Shown piece after piece: positions 49,401 through 62,389 of a stretch of 64,000 bases of DNA. Numbering within the stretch: the first letter of the stretch is position 1; each line of letters opens with the position of its first letter. The position numbers were made by a program, and so were the translations under genes. Source of the DNA: Leptogorgia sarmentosa. Taxonomy: Eukaryota. The DNA lies in contig OZ210885.1 of the NCBI GenBank assembly GCA_964658305.1, positions 22,630,001 to 22,694,000 on the forward strand, in the 5' to 3' direction. Below the pieces are notes generated by a model. It did no database searches. It worked only from the letters and a program-made list of their open reading frames with translations, and was not told the origin of the DNA.

Positions 49401-52096
49401 GACCAAAACGCAAACGAGGGATTTTCATCGCTCTTTCTTTCAATAAACTGGTCGTACTTTGCTTTTGTCTCTGCAACAATACTGCTGGAGCACATTTCCA
49501 AGAACCCCTCCCGTCTGCTATCCTCCTGTACATCGATGGCAATGGCGTTGAACGATTCTTTTTCAGCAGCTGTCAAAGTCTTCTCAAAGGCTTGGAACCG
49601 CAGTCTCTCCATGGCCTCATACATTATCTTGTGGGCTCTTATACAACGATTGTAGTGCCTTCCAGATAGTACACCTGTCATAGATCCTGAAGCCACAACT
49701 TCTGATTCGATCATTATGTCCTACATAAAACGAATAAAGATTATTCAGCTGCAGGTAATTATACGGTACTAGTCACAAGGAGAATCATTCGTTAATGAAA
49801 AGAATGTCAATACTTACTTGCCATCCTGCGTCTTTGTAAATCTTAGCTATGGCACTGCAAAATGACATCACTGTGTGGAAGTCACCGAGTCTAATTACCA
49901 GGCGTCGTTTAAGATCTTCGTCCTTCCATCGTATCATCTGCGCTTTGCAATATATTGCTTCGTCAAACACCAGTACAATTTCTGGTAGTCGGAGGCGTTC
50001 GCATATAGAAACGCTATGATGAAGGATTGTGTTGACGGTCGCCATATCAGTGACAGGGGCGTCAATAACTGGTAGGTAGCCAATATTAGAAACGTTTGGA
50101 ACCTCTTTATAGACCTCCGTGTTGAATCCCGTCCATCCGGGTATGTTTTCACCTTCCTCTGAACCATGTTTTCTGGCCACCAAATATAAAAAATCAGCAT
50201 TTCTTGCCATGTCCTGCTTATCAGCGTGCAATCGCTCTTCAAGGAAGATGTCCGAACTTTGATTACGAAGGGATATCGTTCCTTTCTCCCGATTAACATA
50301 TGGAATTATATTCGTTTGTGGTGCTGTCATGGTACGTTGTTTTTTGCTCACGGCGATCTTCTGTTGCAGACTGACATTACCATTCTGCACAATGATTCCA
50401 TTTGCTACATGTGTTGTTCCTTTACCAGACACAGTTTCTTCATTAAAATCGTTATTATCCCAAATGATGGTAGCAAACGCTCCTGGCCTAATGTTGCGTG
50501 GGATGACAATTTCCTGCCCTTGAGTGGTAGTTAGAGCCAACGCAGTATCATGCTTATAAACCGTAGCTACAGAAGTGGTGTGTCCCAAACCATATAAGAT
50601 CTTTAACAATCGGATCGACCCAGTCATCTGACGAACCGTCATACCAAGAGCCAATGATTTGTGGGTTAGCTTTTTCCCCTTGGACTCCGCATATATCAGG
50701 TCTTGCGCTATAGATACCACTTTCCTCTTCTCACTAGGGCTGAGATTAACCATTCCATCCTCAATTGGATCACAGGAGTACCCAAGGCACCACGCTAAAA
50801 AGTTATACAACTGCACTGGAACGCACCGTGTTGCCAATTCTAGGGTAAGATTGTTAGAGTCGGGAGGCCACTCAGCATCGACACCTTTGCTTTCCATTAA
50901 AAGCTTCTTGATTTCCATTGCGGCAAAAAATAATTCTTTAAGGGGGAAACTGGTTGGTTTAACTGGTTGGCTAGGTGCTCCATCGTCCTCATTATCGCTG
51001 TCCATACCGTCCGTGTCATCGTCTCCACTTGGTATTGCTGTGAAGTCATCAGCAACTTCACCAGCTGTCACATTGTCAACATAAACAAGAGTACCTTTCC
51101 TCACCGTCTTTGACGCATGAAAAACAATTTGAGGATATCGCTTCTGGATTCTTTTTTTTAATCGTGCAGCTTGGTAAGTGACTTGAACATTCTCTATAGT
51201 TTGCACACACTTGATAAACTCATTCAGCAACTGGCCGAGAAATACAACTTCCTTGTTCTCGATGATTCTTTTTTCAATAATTTCAGCGCAGAACTGATCG
51301 AATGCCTTGTCGTATAACGTTGGCTCCACAGCAACTGTCTTTTGTTTTCGAGACACACACTTTGTATACATCTGGTAACATCTTTTATGGTATCTGGCTT
51401 CAATGGCCACGCAGTCTTTTCCGTTGATGTGCACAAGGATGCTGTCATCGCGTTTTAGCAATGCGGCCTCAAGCAAAACTCCTGCTGTAAGAGTTTGTGC
51501 AACAGATAGCCCTTGTTTCACACGCTTTTTCGATATCTGTGAAAACAAAGCATATAGCTGTAGATGTATATATGGTACTCTAGTCTTCGTCTAACCCTAA
51601 AAAAAGGCGGTGTAAAACTTACATTATCCGTGACATAGATTGGTCCTTTTTTCTTGCATATTAAACAAGCATCGGGTAGCACGTTAGACGATCGACTTTC
51701 ATGACATTTCCCAAGGCTTCCAAACGATCGTCGGGTAGTAATGCGGGGCACTTTTTCCGGCTTGGGATAGTCGATGTCGATATTCTCAGCATCACCAGTA
51801 GCAATCTTTTCTGGAGCTGACGTACCCATTGCTCTTTTAATTTTGTTTATGTCCGTAAACTTTCGATAGCATGACAAATGATAGCAGCATTTTTCTTCAT
51901 CGCTTAAATCACCTGAGTCATTGAGATACTCCAATGACTTTTTGGCGACTGAAGTGAAGTTCTTATAAGAAAAGGGTAGATTTAGCCACTCTTTCCTTGA
52001 TTCTATAATTTTTGCTAGTGTATCCTGTGTAAAACGTTTAATTTCTCCTTCTTTTCCTTCGAAATGAATCACGCAGACATGATTCAAAAAAGACAT
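46444..52096 (-). CDS. AcademX transposase with XPG/PIN-like nuclease and C-terminal Cys8/CXC finger, 7 exons, ~1603 aa
   Basis: Exons 52096-51623, 51536-49818, 49720-49213, 49135-49033, 48807-48670, 48580-47337 and 47069-46444 total 4812 nt in phase. WDNND, FDEAIY, GDFH, DQTIEQT; HEEADTR, SPDTDV, FTGCDTTSSFYGKGK; CKCTKGC..RCSC...CSDLCKC. Confidence 0.9.
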
Positions 52097-52794
52097 TGTT
52101 ATGGAAATCCAGTTTTGAAAATGAGTAATGCAATACTCCATCCAGTTTTTCCTTGCAGATCAGTGATTTTAACATTCCCATCAACGAAAATTACTACTCG
52201 ACCAAGAATTGGGAAGACTGGGGCAGAATAGTCATGATTGTGAGCGATGGAATGTAATGCAAAGTAATTTCAAAATGGCGGGCGAGAGGCGAAAAATCGA
52301 AAAATAAACAAGCGTTTTGCTAAAAAACTGCGGGTCTGGTAAATGGGAACTTTTCGGATTTGGATTCAGCATCCTTCAAAGTGGTATGTTGTGTAAAAAT
52401 ATTTCAGTTCCACGACATGCTTAATGAAAGTGAAAGATAGCTAGCCACAGCAAACGGCCTAATAACATTATATACAGTATAACCAAAAATAGAATCTGAA
52501 ATTGAAAGATATTGTTTTTATAATTTTATCAAGAAAAAGTTTATGATACCTTTTTCCAAAACCAATGCGTTTCACTTTCAAGATCAAAACTTTAGTAATA
52601 AAACTTCTTTACCAATTTGTATTTCCTTCTCCACGTTTTAACTCGTGATCCTTTAAAAATCCCGTACACTTTCCTAAAAAATCCACAAAAGCTCTGTAAA
52701 AGTCCTCAAAATATCCATAAATGTCCCTCTTGGCTTTGAGGGCCAAGGTATGATCTATAAAGTATTCTGACAGTAATTTCCCTTCTTTCAATGG

Positions 52795-53155
52795 CGCAAC
52801 ATATGTCGGACTATGAAAGGGATTTTTGAGTTACGACCAGCGTTACCAAAGTATTCCCAGATATGGGATGCCAGTGTAGTTTTGGAGTATCTGAAAAAGC
52901 TTGGTATTCCCACAGCATTATCTCTGAAACAGCTTACCTTGAAGCTGACAATGTTGTTGTGTTTGTTGACTGGCCAGATGTGGCCAAACTGTACATAGCA
53001 TAGATATAAATCACATGCAAAAAATGGATGACCGATACCGAATTACTATACGGCAGAAATTGAAACAAACCAAAATTGGAAAGCATATTGACCCTATTGA
53101 ACTGATTGCCTTTAATGAAGAACCCAGAATATGTGTCGTACAACATCTTTTTGCC
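52795..53155 (+). pseudogene. DIRS-like tyrosine recombinase fragment
   Basis: MKGIFELRPALPKYSQIWD..VLEYL, LTLKLTMLLCLLTGQ, LKQTKIGKH, ICVVQHL across frameshifts. Confidence 0.8.
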
Positions 53156-53863
53156 GCTGAAAAGGATTAGATATGGTGACAATCATGAAGTCTATGAATT
53201 TGGCAAATTGGAAGGATTTTTTCCTAAAATGTACTCTACTACCCAATTGGCAAGAGATGGAAAGCCTGGACCTCCTTGCAATACAGAGTGAACTATCAAT
53301 TGGCCAACAACCTCAAACTGAATAGATTTACAACCTATACCCCTTCTTGGAATCAGAGCCTCATCTCCTTCAAACAATCATTTAATAACCTCATCGAAAC
53401 ACAATGAGAAAAACTCATTGCGTAGTGCTCCAGCATCAATTCCCAACTCTCCGAATCCCAGAAACTTCGCACACAAATTTTTCTTCAGCCTCTCAGGGTG
53501 CTTCATGGCCAATTTATAAAATGCCAAGCAAATACACCACAAGTCATCCCTTTGCACATCCAGCCATAAATCATCATTGGCGTCAATAGTATTATTGGCA
53601 AAATTCTGTAGTATAGTATCCGAGGATTCATTTTGAGATGAAATAAGAATTAGATCCTGATCTGAATCAAATGGAGGTGGAAAGGTTGGTCCACTACTAC
53701 TCATGCCAGGCTCGGGAAGATCAGATGAAGAAGGTGGAAAGGTTGGTCCACTACTACTCATGCCATGCTCAAGAAGATCAAATGAAGAAGATGGAAGAGT
53801 TTGAAGGGCAACCACTAAATCCTGGCTCAGCAACATCCAGCAATAACTGGGCAGCTTCTTCTA

Positions 53864-54029
53864 TTGCACTAAAAAAGGGTGTTCGCGCGAGTTTTACAAG
53901 CCTTTCGTTGCAAAATTACAGATTTTTTTCGTGCATTTGTTGCAATATAACAAAGGTCGGGAAAGAACATGTCTTAGCTATGTAACCCCTGAAGCAACGA
54001 TAAAATGCGTACACCCTTTTTTAGTGCAA
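53864..54029. mobile_element. TA-flanked MITE
   Basis: TIRs TTGCACTAAAAAAGGGTGT.CGC with TA on both sides. Confidence 0.75.
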
Positions 54030-54078
54030 TACTCGAGAAGAGTAAAAATGATAGATTGACAGGATTTTAGTGAAACCT

Positions 54079-54260
54079 ACATCTAACATAGCTTGCCGCG
54101 CGAAGGTCCCATAAACTTAAACTTTGTAACAATATTCAGGAAAGTTATTTCTTTCTGATATATTTTATAACCCTATGTTTTTTTTTCATCTATCTGACTA
54201 TATTTGGAGAAAATTTGAGAGAAATTGGATAAAAATTCGCCGAGTAATGGTAAATCTCCC
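54079..54260. repeat. 181-bp dispersed repeat, copy 2, flanked by a 7-bp direct repeat
   Basis: GAAACCT at 54072-78 and 54261-67. Confidence 0.85.
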
Positions 54261-56676
54261 GAAACCTGCGCGTAGGGTCTCCTGTAACCTTAATTTAAGA
54301 TCAAAAATTTGTGAAAATAAACCCATGAGGTTGCAAATCTGCCTTGGTGACTTGGTACTACATGCCTATTTTTACAATTTTATTTCTGAAACTCAATGAT
54401 TTGGTCTCTTTCCATCAGAGGCTAATGGCTCAAAATTTGATTAACTTAACTTAAATTTTATAGCTTGTTCATAAACTTAGAATTGCTTCTTTGGATTGGA
54501 AACGTTTTGAAACACACAGACGATCACTGTAAAAATGCATGGATTAAAACACTAACAGCAGGATAAATTTGAACCCAACTTGGTTAGCTTTGAAGTTCAA
54601 ACAACTGAAACAGGGAAAAATTTGTTTGGTTAACTTAACTTGTTGATGTTTACCTCATAAAATTCATCCAATGTCATTTGACGGGAAGAGCATGCAAGAT
54701 CACTAAATGGTCTCAGCCATATATTTTTTTGACCAAAAAGACGACTGATCAAAGCCCCATCAAGTACTTGATCTTAGCTCAAGCATGGTTTTCTCAAGCT
54801 TGATCCAACACCAAGGAGAATTTCAAACCTAAAAAGATTAGGTTTGCTTTACCAACAATTGTTGTGGTGGCTGGGCGTTGAGGTTGAAATGACTAATGCA
54901 TGCTCTAAGTTTGTCAACATTACTTCAATTCAACTAATTAAGTAACATTTTGATCTTATTTTTATTTCAACTAATTAACTAAAATTTTGAGCTCAGAATC
55001 AATATACTTGACTCATGTGAATGTATTATAACCTTTCCGTTGTAATTTGTATACAACACAAATGCCTACCGTGTGGAAATGGTTCTTGCTCCAACCTCCA
55101 CAGAAGAGAATGATTCACTGCTCAGTTTTTCTTGGAAGCACTGGTATATTGATAAAACTTATTGGAAAACCTCCTTATCTGACCAATTTTTGTCAATCAT
55201 CACTTCACTCAGCACAAATCCATGCTCCATGAGATTGGCTTTTTCTGGTGGACGTACAACCCTATCAGCCTTAGAATCGGGTAACAATATAACCTCCTTT
55301 GATCTAAATATTTCTTCTCTCTTTCGAGGTCGATTGTTCTCAAAACCTCTCGTGTATGGCGCAGTTGCAGTCCGTCTGTGTGCTCTAGCAGATTAGCGAT
55401 GACTAATCCCCCTCTGAAATGTCGGGGCTCTGCCACGTGAGGATTCCCGTTGAAGCAACTCTGAAAATTCCTCACAAGGAGTAATGTATCTGCCAGTAAC
55501 AGTAGCGACTGTAGTATGTTGATGCGTTCAAACCTGGATTTGTATTGCTTGAACTACATGTAGATTGCCGGTGAACAGATGGCATGAAAATGGGCAGCAG
55601 AGCCAGATGAATTATCATTTACTGGCCCAAATAATGCAGGAGACAATGTTGTATCGCTAGTGGTTGTTGTCGACTGATCACATGAATTATTGAAAATATT
55701 ACTGAGAGCTGCACGAAATGATGGATGAGTAATTATATTATCTACAACCTCTCTTACTTTATCATCATTCAACTGTTGACCACCAACATTCACGTTTCTT
55801 CCCTTTATAATATCTTCTTAAAAATTTCAAGACGTATTTAGTCAAAACATTCAAGAACAGTTCGAACACCATGTTAGGCTCTCGTCTGGGCCCCCAAAAT
55901 GTTTAGTTCCGTTGCACACCTCTTAAAACTAAAAAAAATTTACATATTCTTATAGATTAAATGACGCTTAATCCAAATCTAAAAAGTTATTGTGTGTTCA
56001 CCCTGCAGTTTTCTTTTGTAAATGGCACAATCATGGTTGGTGCTAAGCTGGGAAAGTTTGAGAATTTGACATCTCTAGATCATTGGAAAAGGCGTTTTTA
56101 AGGTCTTATATACCTCTCTCGAGAGGTATATATAATATCAAACCTTGAAACTTAATTTGGTTTTTGTGGTTTCGAGAAATTATGCAAGTATGTGTTGTCA
56201 GTGAACGAAATAATACACTTGCATTAGACATTGAATTTACTGCCTGTATACATCTATTTATGTGGAAATGAACTGAAGAGTTCTGTCAAGGATTGGAGCA
56301 GTACAAATTTTTGGAGCTAATCAGGACACACTTGCTTTCTTTTTTTATATTTTTGTACATGACGAATCTATGCAGAGTCATAAGTGTGCAAATTATATCA
56401 TTGAAACATTTTTACCAAAGCTTTCATTTCGCAAGGTGAAATGTTCATTGGTGCTAATAATATACCTGCGAGTGCTGTTTAGATAGCTTTTAAATGACTC
56501 GATGGAATATATCACGACAGTTTTAGCGTATAAAGGGGCATGTGGATTGAACAAGTTGTGTATTAATAGCACTAATTAAGATCTGTTTCTACAAAATATT
56601 ATCATTCGTAATGCAAACTTACAGTCATATTTGTATTAATCTATAACTTAATCTATACATTCTAAGATATTTCTGC

Positions 56677-57150
56677 AGAACCACAGTCAGTTGTGCGACT
56701 GAGGGACACAGACATTATTAGAGTTAAAGGTATTTCTGTCACAAAAATCTTTCAAATAGTTGATCCACAATGTAGACCGATTTTTTCTACAGTAGACCAG
56801 ATTTTTTCTACATTGGCTGGCGATGTGCCAATGAGCATCAGCTTGAGAGCGAAACTGGCATTGCATGGCTGTCATTATGCCATTTTCTGTACCGCAATCA
56901 CTGTGTGACTTTACTGGACAGCCATGTGTTTGTACACTTTTTAGAAAATACGAAGAAGGAATTTCCGGTCTGCTGTTAGGCCTAGCAATGTGGAGCCATA
57001 TGATCTTCCGGCTCCACCCATCTATACAATTATGTATTGGGAACCTGTACGGCTTTAGTTTGTCATGTCAGTCTGCATGCCAGCAGTAATTAGGACCAGG
57101 GATGTGATATGTTCTTCTATGCAACCGTTTAGTGCCTTTACTTCACCACA
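56677..57150 (-). pseudogene. IS3EU-like integrase-family transposase core (largely absent from the ORF track)
   Basis: KRLHRRTYHIPGPNYCWHAD*HDKLKPYRFPIHNCIDGWSRKIIWL...PVKSHSDCGTENG...WINYLKDF...LWFC. Confidence 0.82.
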
Positions 57151-57739
57151 ACCCAATATAGATTCCAAAATGAATTCATGCTATTGTAAATGTATTTCTA
57201 TACTGTAAACATATTTGTGTACTGAAAATACATTTGCATACTCTATATTAGTATACATTGTATAAATTTCTGTTTGGAAATCAGAATAGAGTTGATAATT
57301 GGTGAATGTATACCTGTGTTGCCACTGTGGCCCACTGTATGAAAAGGTCGATGGAAAAATTGTTCTTAGTTCGACAGACAGCGAACTTTCTTGCCTAGGT
57401 GTCTCTACTATTGGTGATCGAGTTCGATTATGCAAACAGGCTGTACAAGCTGGCCAAGGTGCTTCAACATCGACAGCACTATCAGCCGCTCAAGAAGTTC
57501 GAGACTTATTTCACAGTAACTGGAGAGGAAGTAAAAAGGGAACCAAACAAGTGAAAAAAGGACTTGGAGTGCCCAAATGCTATGTTTGGCAGATAAAGTT
57601 CCAACCGCAGCTCAAAAAGAAACTCTGTTTAAAGCCAGACTTGGTTTGAAAAATCTGAAGTTTGACGTTGATAATGACGAAGAAGCCGTAGTAAAGAAGA
57701 TAACTTTGATTGAAACTGAAAACGGCTCTACCCAAGTTA

Positions 57740-58741
57740 GGGACCGTTCATTATTTATACCCTAGGGTGGGGTGGGAAAAATTGAGGGGGGGTCATGTAA
57801 AGTTCATTCAGTCCTATGGGGGGGTACTTGCTGTTATCAGTCTTCTGGGGGGGGGGTGTTGAAAAACAAGTGAAAAATGTGGCATCTGACTGTCTAAATA
57901 TAGAACATCACTCAGGAAACTTTTGCAAACATGAAAACTTTGAAATTTGGAAGATCCAATGGTAAAATAACAAGAACTATTTACAAAATATTACAACTAT
58001 ACAATATCGCAGAGTTCTGTCAATACATCCAAAGCAAGCCAGCCCTTTTCTTGCAAGTAAACAACGACTGGAAGCAGGGGCGTCGGAACTGGGGGGGCCG
58101 AGGGGGCCTGGGCCCCCCCACTTTTTTAGTTGGTAGGGCCTGGATATCTTTTGCCCCCCCCCACTTTTTAGCAAAGTTCGGTTCGAAACTACAAAGTTGT
58201 CATTACAGATAACGATAACACATTTTACAAACCAAAATAAAAATGAAATCGCTAGTAAAAAAAACTATTGGCATGTTTATATGGGACAAATTATCCGTCT
58301 GGGCGAAGTTTGGCGAAGATAGTTAGTTAGTATAATCCGGGGGGCTGCCCCGGACCCCCCTAGATCGCTTCGGCGTGTGATACTTGGGCCTCCTCACTTC
58401 TCCAAGCGTTCCGACGCCCCTGACTGGAAGTCTTTGTGTGTGATGAACAGTAAGCAATGCCTCTGGCGTCAGGTCCAGAGTACTTAATGGTGTGATGTTT
58501 TTTAAAATGTATTTTCTTCATAGTATTAAATCATATACAAATGAAGACTTAAATCGAATGAAAAAATTGCATCATGCATGTATGTCGGGGGGGGGGGGGG
58601 GGGTGTGTTATAAGTTTTTCATATTTTATAGGGGGGTCTTCAGTACTGAGATCATCAAAAGGGGGGGGGGGCTATGAGATTTTTGTATATGATAAAAAGA
58701 ATCTCCCACCCCACTCTAGGGTATAAATAATGAACGGTCCC
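57740..58741. mobile_element. TWA-target (Harbinger/Zator-type) non-autonomous element
   Basis: TIRs GGGACCGTTCATTATTTATACCCTAGRGTGGGGTGGGA. TTA TSD. Confidence 0.88.
58075..58422. mobile_element. hAT-type MITE nested in the previous element
   Basis: TIRs CAGGGG(G)CGTCGGAAC. Perfect 8-bp TSD ACTGGAAG. Confidence 0.9.
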
Positions 58742-59589
58742 TTATTGGATTCTCTCAATTTCGTAAATGTGGTGGTTTCGAACTGATACGTGCTACCGCT
58801 AATTGCAGGGAACTTATTGTATTGAGGGATCTTGGGCTGTGTAAAAGAACTGAAGGCTATCTGAGACCAATCCAGAAAGGTCTTTCCACCAAACCACTTA
58901 CTGCTGATAAAACCTCCCAAGTTAAAAGAGAAATGCATTAGTTGCAATAAAGAATTCTTGGTACATGAGTTGCAAAAGCACAGTTTTCTGTGCTTTGATG
59001 GAAGTGAAGAAAGTGAAGAGGAAAGTCAAGGTGGTGGTGAATCCACACTTCACCAAGTGCCACAGCCAAGTGTGAGCTCAGAGTCGAGTGTGAACTCAGA
59101 GCCAAGTGTGCTACAGGTTGCACCTTTAAATGTATCTACTTCCATGGCAGCTCCCAGTAATGAGACACCTGATTCTGCCATAACCACCAATATCTTGACA
59201 TCTAGTGATTTTTTAGTATTGATATAGGTAATGAGAACCATATTAGTGCCGCACAACAGTAGTCCATGAGTGAGTTGAGAATTTTTCGTATTGATGTATT
59301 AAGGAGGGGGAATTGCTATATGTGATATAGTATCCGTTGGTATCGTCTGTGGTTTAAATTGATAGAAATTGGACGGCATATAACAGGTGTATTATGTAAA
59401 AGATAACTAAAAACTTGTAAGTATGTATGCCTATAAAATGCGTGGATTTAGGTTGTGGGTATATAAAAGGGTCGAAATGTGCGATGTGTAAAATGGTTCA
59501 AATCGGAAATGGACCAAATCGGAAATGACCATGTGGAACTAAAAAACTTGTATGGATACATATAAAAAGAATATAACAAAAAGAGAGAA

Positions 59590-61640
59590 GGAAGATCCCC
59601 CTATGCGGCATTTCGTCCTCTGTGGACTCATCAGCTGGGAATTGGGGTTGGCGCATGTTAAGAGGAGGAAGCTTAAACGGGAGTGTAAAAAACTAGAATT
59701 GATATGTATGTAGATGGCTTTAAAAATTAAAACGTTGTCATACCAAATTGCTTCTTGTTAGGACACAGGCCAACATGGAATGCCAATATACTTCATAACA
59801 TGTAATAATGAAAACTTGAAAGCATTTTGCTCAGGAGATGCTTGCTTGGTAGCTTGCTGTAGTGCATGTGTGTATAAATTGGGTGTTAGGGGCGCCTTGG
59901 GTATGTTTGTTGTTGTGTGGTTAATTGGGGTCTCAGGGGTGATAATTGCCAGTTACTTCATGTAGTATGTTGTATGTGTATCTTGTGTATCACCGTTGAT
60001 ATAATATACTATGTGGACATTGAATTTGGATAGTAATTATGGAGCATTCCCGTTCTTCGAGATGATTGTCGGCAGTATGTTATTTGGGTCTACATATGGT
60101 GTCCCTCTATTGATTATGAAGTTGGTGGACTATTAGATGAGTCAGGAACAAGTTATATGTATTTATACAAGAATTCATAAGTTCGTGCAGCTGAAGAGGA
60201 CTCTATGTACAAGGTGTGAGGTTATTATTATAGTGGTGTGTTTAATTTGTCTGAAAGTATATAATAGATGGCTAATTATTACCGTGTAAACAAGTTGTTG
60301 CTTTTAGATATAATTAAACAGTCTGTGGTCCATTTAGTGTATTAAAATCCCTTAATGTATGTATGAGGTCTTGTTGTGGACACTTATTGGTGTAGCAGGT
60401 AGTTGGTTGCCTCAAATAGGATGTTGTATGTTGATGGTGTTTGGGAGAATGGTACCACTATTTAGTTGTCTTCTTGTTGTTTTGGGATTGTGTCATGTTG
60501 GGTTGTTTTAAGTTTTGCTGTGACTAGTTTGTCTTTAAGGTTTTTGTTTTTTGATACGCTACCATTGGAGGTTCTGGCCATAGAATTCTCAATGTAGGAT
60601 CATTTTCAACGATACTCCAGTGTTTGTGTAGTATGTGTGCGATATGTTTGGTGTTGTTGTTATAATATATGGTGAAGATGGGGCTGCTGTTGGTTCGTGT
60701 AGTTTTTGTATCATTGAGTAGTTCCCTTTGGGTTGTGTATTATAGTGCTTTATTGAATGAAGTCATTATGTTGTCATGTGTATATCCTCGATGGATAAGT
60801 GCTATGAGCAGGTGGTTTAGTCTAATATGTAGTTCGTCATTGTTAGTGATGATGTGTCTATGTCTTAGTGCTTGGCTGTATATTATGGAATTTTTGCATG
60901 ATTGGGGGTGGAAGGAGTTGTGGCGTAGCATGAGTGTTCTGTCAGTGGGTTTGATGTATAGGTCTGATTTGAGTTGGTCATTAGAGTTTATGGATATGGT
61001 TGTGTTGAGGACGTTTGCAGATTTGTGTGAGTATGTGTAGTCAAATTTAATGGTGGGGTGGAATTCATTCATGTATGTTAGGAATTGTTTTCAATGCTGT
61101 GGGTCCAAATTGCAAAAATGTCATCTATGAATCTGATACACTCAATTGGTATAAGATTGTTAGGTGCTTTTTGAAGAAGCTTCCTTTCTAATATAGCCAT
61201 AAATATGTTTGCATGTGTTGGTGCCATAGGTGATCCCATGGACGTGCTGTGGATTTGTAGAAAGTGTTCGTTGTTGAATGCGAATGACTTGTTGTTTAGT
61301 ATGAGTGATAGGACGTCGATTATGGATTGTTTCGATTCATGAGTAAGTATGTTGTTTTCTTTCAACATATCTATACAGGCTTGGATGCCTAATGGTATGT
61401 GGTGTAAAGGCTTCTTACATCAATTGTGACTAGTATAACGTATTTTTGTAGATTCTTGTTGAATGTAAAGATTCTGCAGAGAAAGTCTGTTGTGTCTGGT
61501 ACATAGGATGGAATGTGGTTAAGGAGTGGTTTGAGGAGGTGGTCAGCATATTGAGATAGCTTAACTGTTGGTCCTCCACAACCTGAGATTATGGGTCGTC
61601 CTGGATTATCTTGTTTGTGTCTCATGTTCGCCATTTGTAA
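59590..61640 (-). mobile_element. Penelope-like retroelement, degraded
   Basis: PGRPIISG, TIDVRSLYT, SMGSPMAPTHANIFM, RFIDDIF, HPTIKF, LYIKPTD, NLKDKLV. Strong strand skew and a downstream hammerhead motif. Confidence 0.9.
59595..59642 (-). ncRNA. Type I minimal hammerhead ribozyme motif (possibly degenerate)
   Basis: Minus strand AUUCCCAG-CUGAUGA-GUCCacagaGGAC-GAAA-UGCCGCA-UA-GGGGGAU. Confidence 0.72.
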
Positions 61641-62389
61641 ATATTTCGAACTTCGAAGCAATCAAGGTTGCAAATCGTTTAAAATGTTGTACTTTTTATC
61701 TCATTTCTATCCTACTTTTGTCGCCATTTTATATAGAGACCTATCTTGATCTGGTTAGTGTAAAGATGACAGAATTACAGCAGGTTTTTACAGGTTTTTT
61801 GGAGTTGTGGGTATCAGAAGTAGGATAGAAATGAGACACTGTGTGCCGCAGATTTATACGCAGATACACAAAAATATCATGGCGCAAATCATACGTACAT
61901 ACTGGTCCTACACTTGAGCATCTAGGCAAATGCTGCATGAATGGATAGAATATACAGGGTGTATAAAAAAAAAGTTTACTGATGAAAAACATTCTCTAAA
62001 CCGACGAGCGCTCAAAATTTCGAAAAACTTTCGGTTAGCATTGGTAGTTTAACACCCTCTGGTATATCTAGCACTTAGTTTATTTTAAAAACAAACTTTC
62101 TTAGAATGCGAAATGTCATTACTGAAAGGCCCGTTAAAAACGGCTTGCGCAGAAAAAATAAGTTCCCCCCGGAGTTTACACTATGACTGAATGACTCGAT
62201 GACTCGATTACCCGATGACTCGATGACTGATGTGAATTTTCCCCACTCATCACAATACTGCAAAGTTTCTTTGAAACTTTGCACTAAAAAGGAACATCCC
62301 TGGAGGAGTTGGCCCTAACACCCTTAGGTGACTTGGAAGATGACTTTCCAAGGGGACGTGGGAGAGCATACAGGATTGGCAGCGAAAAA

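Larger units (their letters stand above)
45769..52461 (-). mobile_element. AcademX DNA transposon, complete
   Basis: ~330-bp imperfect TIRs starting TAGGCCGTTTGCTGTG (45769-~46098 / ~52140-52461). 3-bp TSD ATA. Confidence 0.93.
53170..55800 (-). pseudogene. Degraded G2E3-like HECT ubiquitin-ligase gene fragments
   Basis: FLGFGELGIDAGALRNEFF, LFEG...VGQLIVHSVLQGGPGFPSL (HECT N-lobe, 53170-53600). Upstream-type segment KEVILLPDSK..VVR..K..L..HG..IDKNWSDKEV at ~55150-55350. Confidence 0.7.
57340..59230 (+). pseudogene. Fragment of a SAM-like plus pre-HECT N-terminal region gene, split by a MITE
   Basis: EKVDGKIVLSSTDSELSCLGVSTIGDRVRL; CLADKVPTAAQKETLFKARLGLK; the frame continues across the MITE as TQV-IGFSQFRKCGGFELIR. 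Confidence 0.55.

Noticed and set aside
52609..52791. Short ORF next to AcademX
   Set aside because: No recognisable motif, so a call cannot be supported.
61955..62270. Tc1-type MITE starting CAGGGTGTATAAAA
   Set aside because: No matching second TIR was found nearby. The similar end at ~12789 is most likely a separate fragment.
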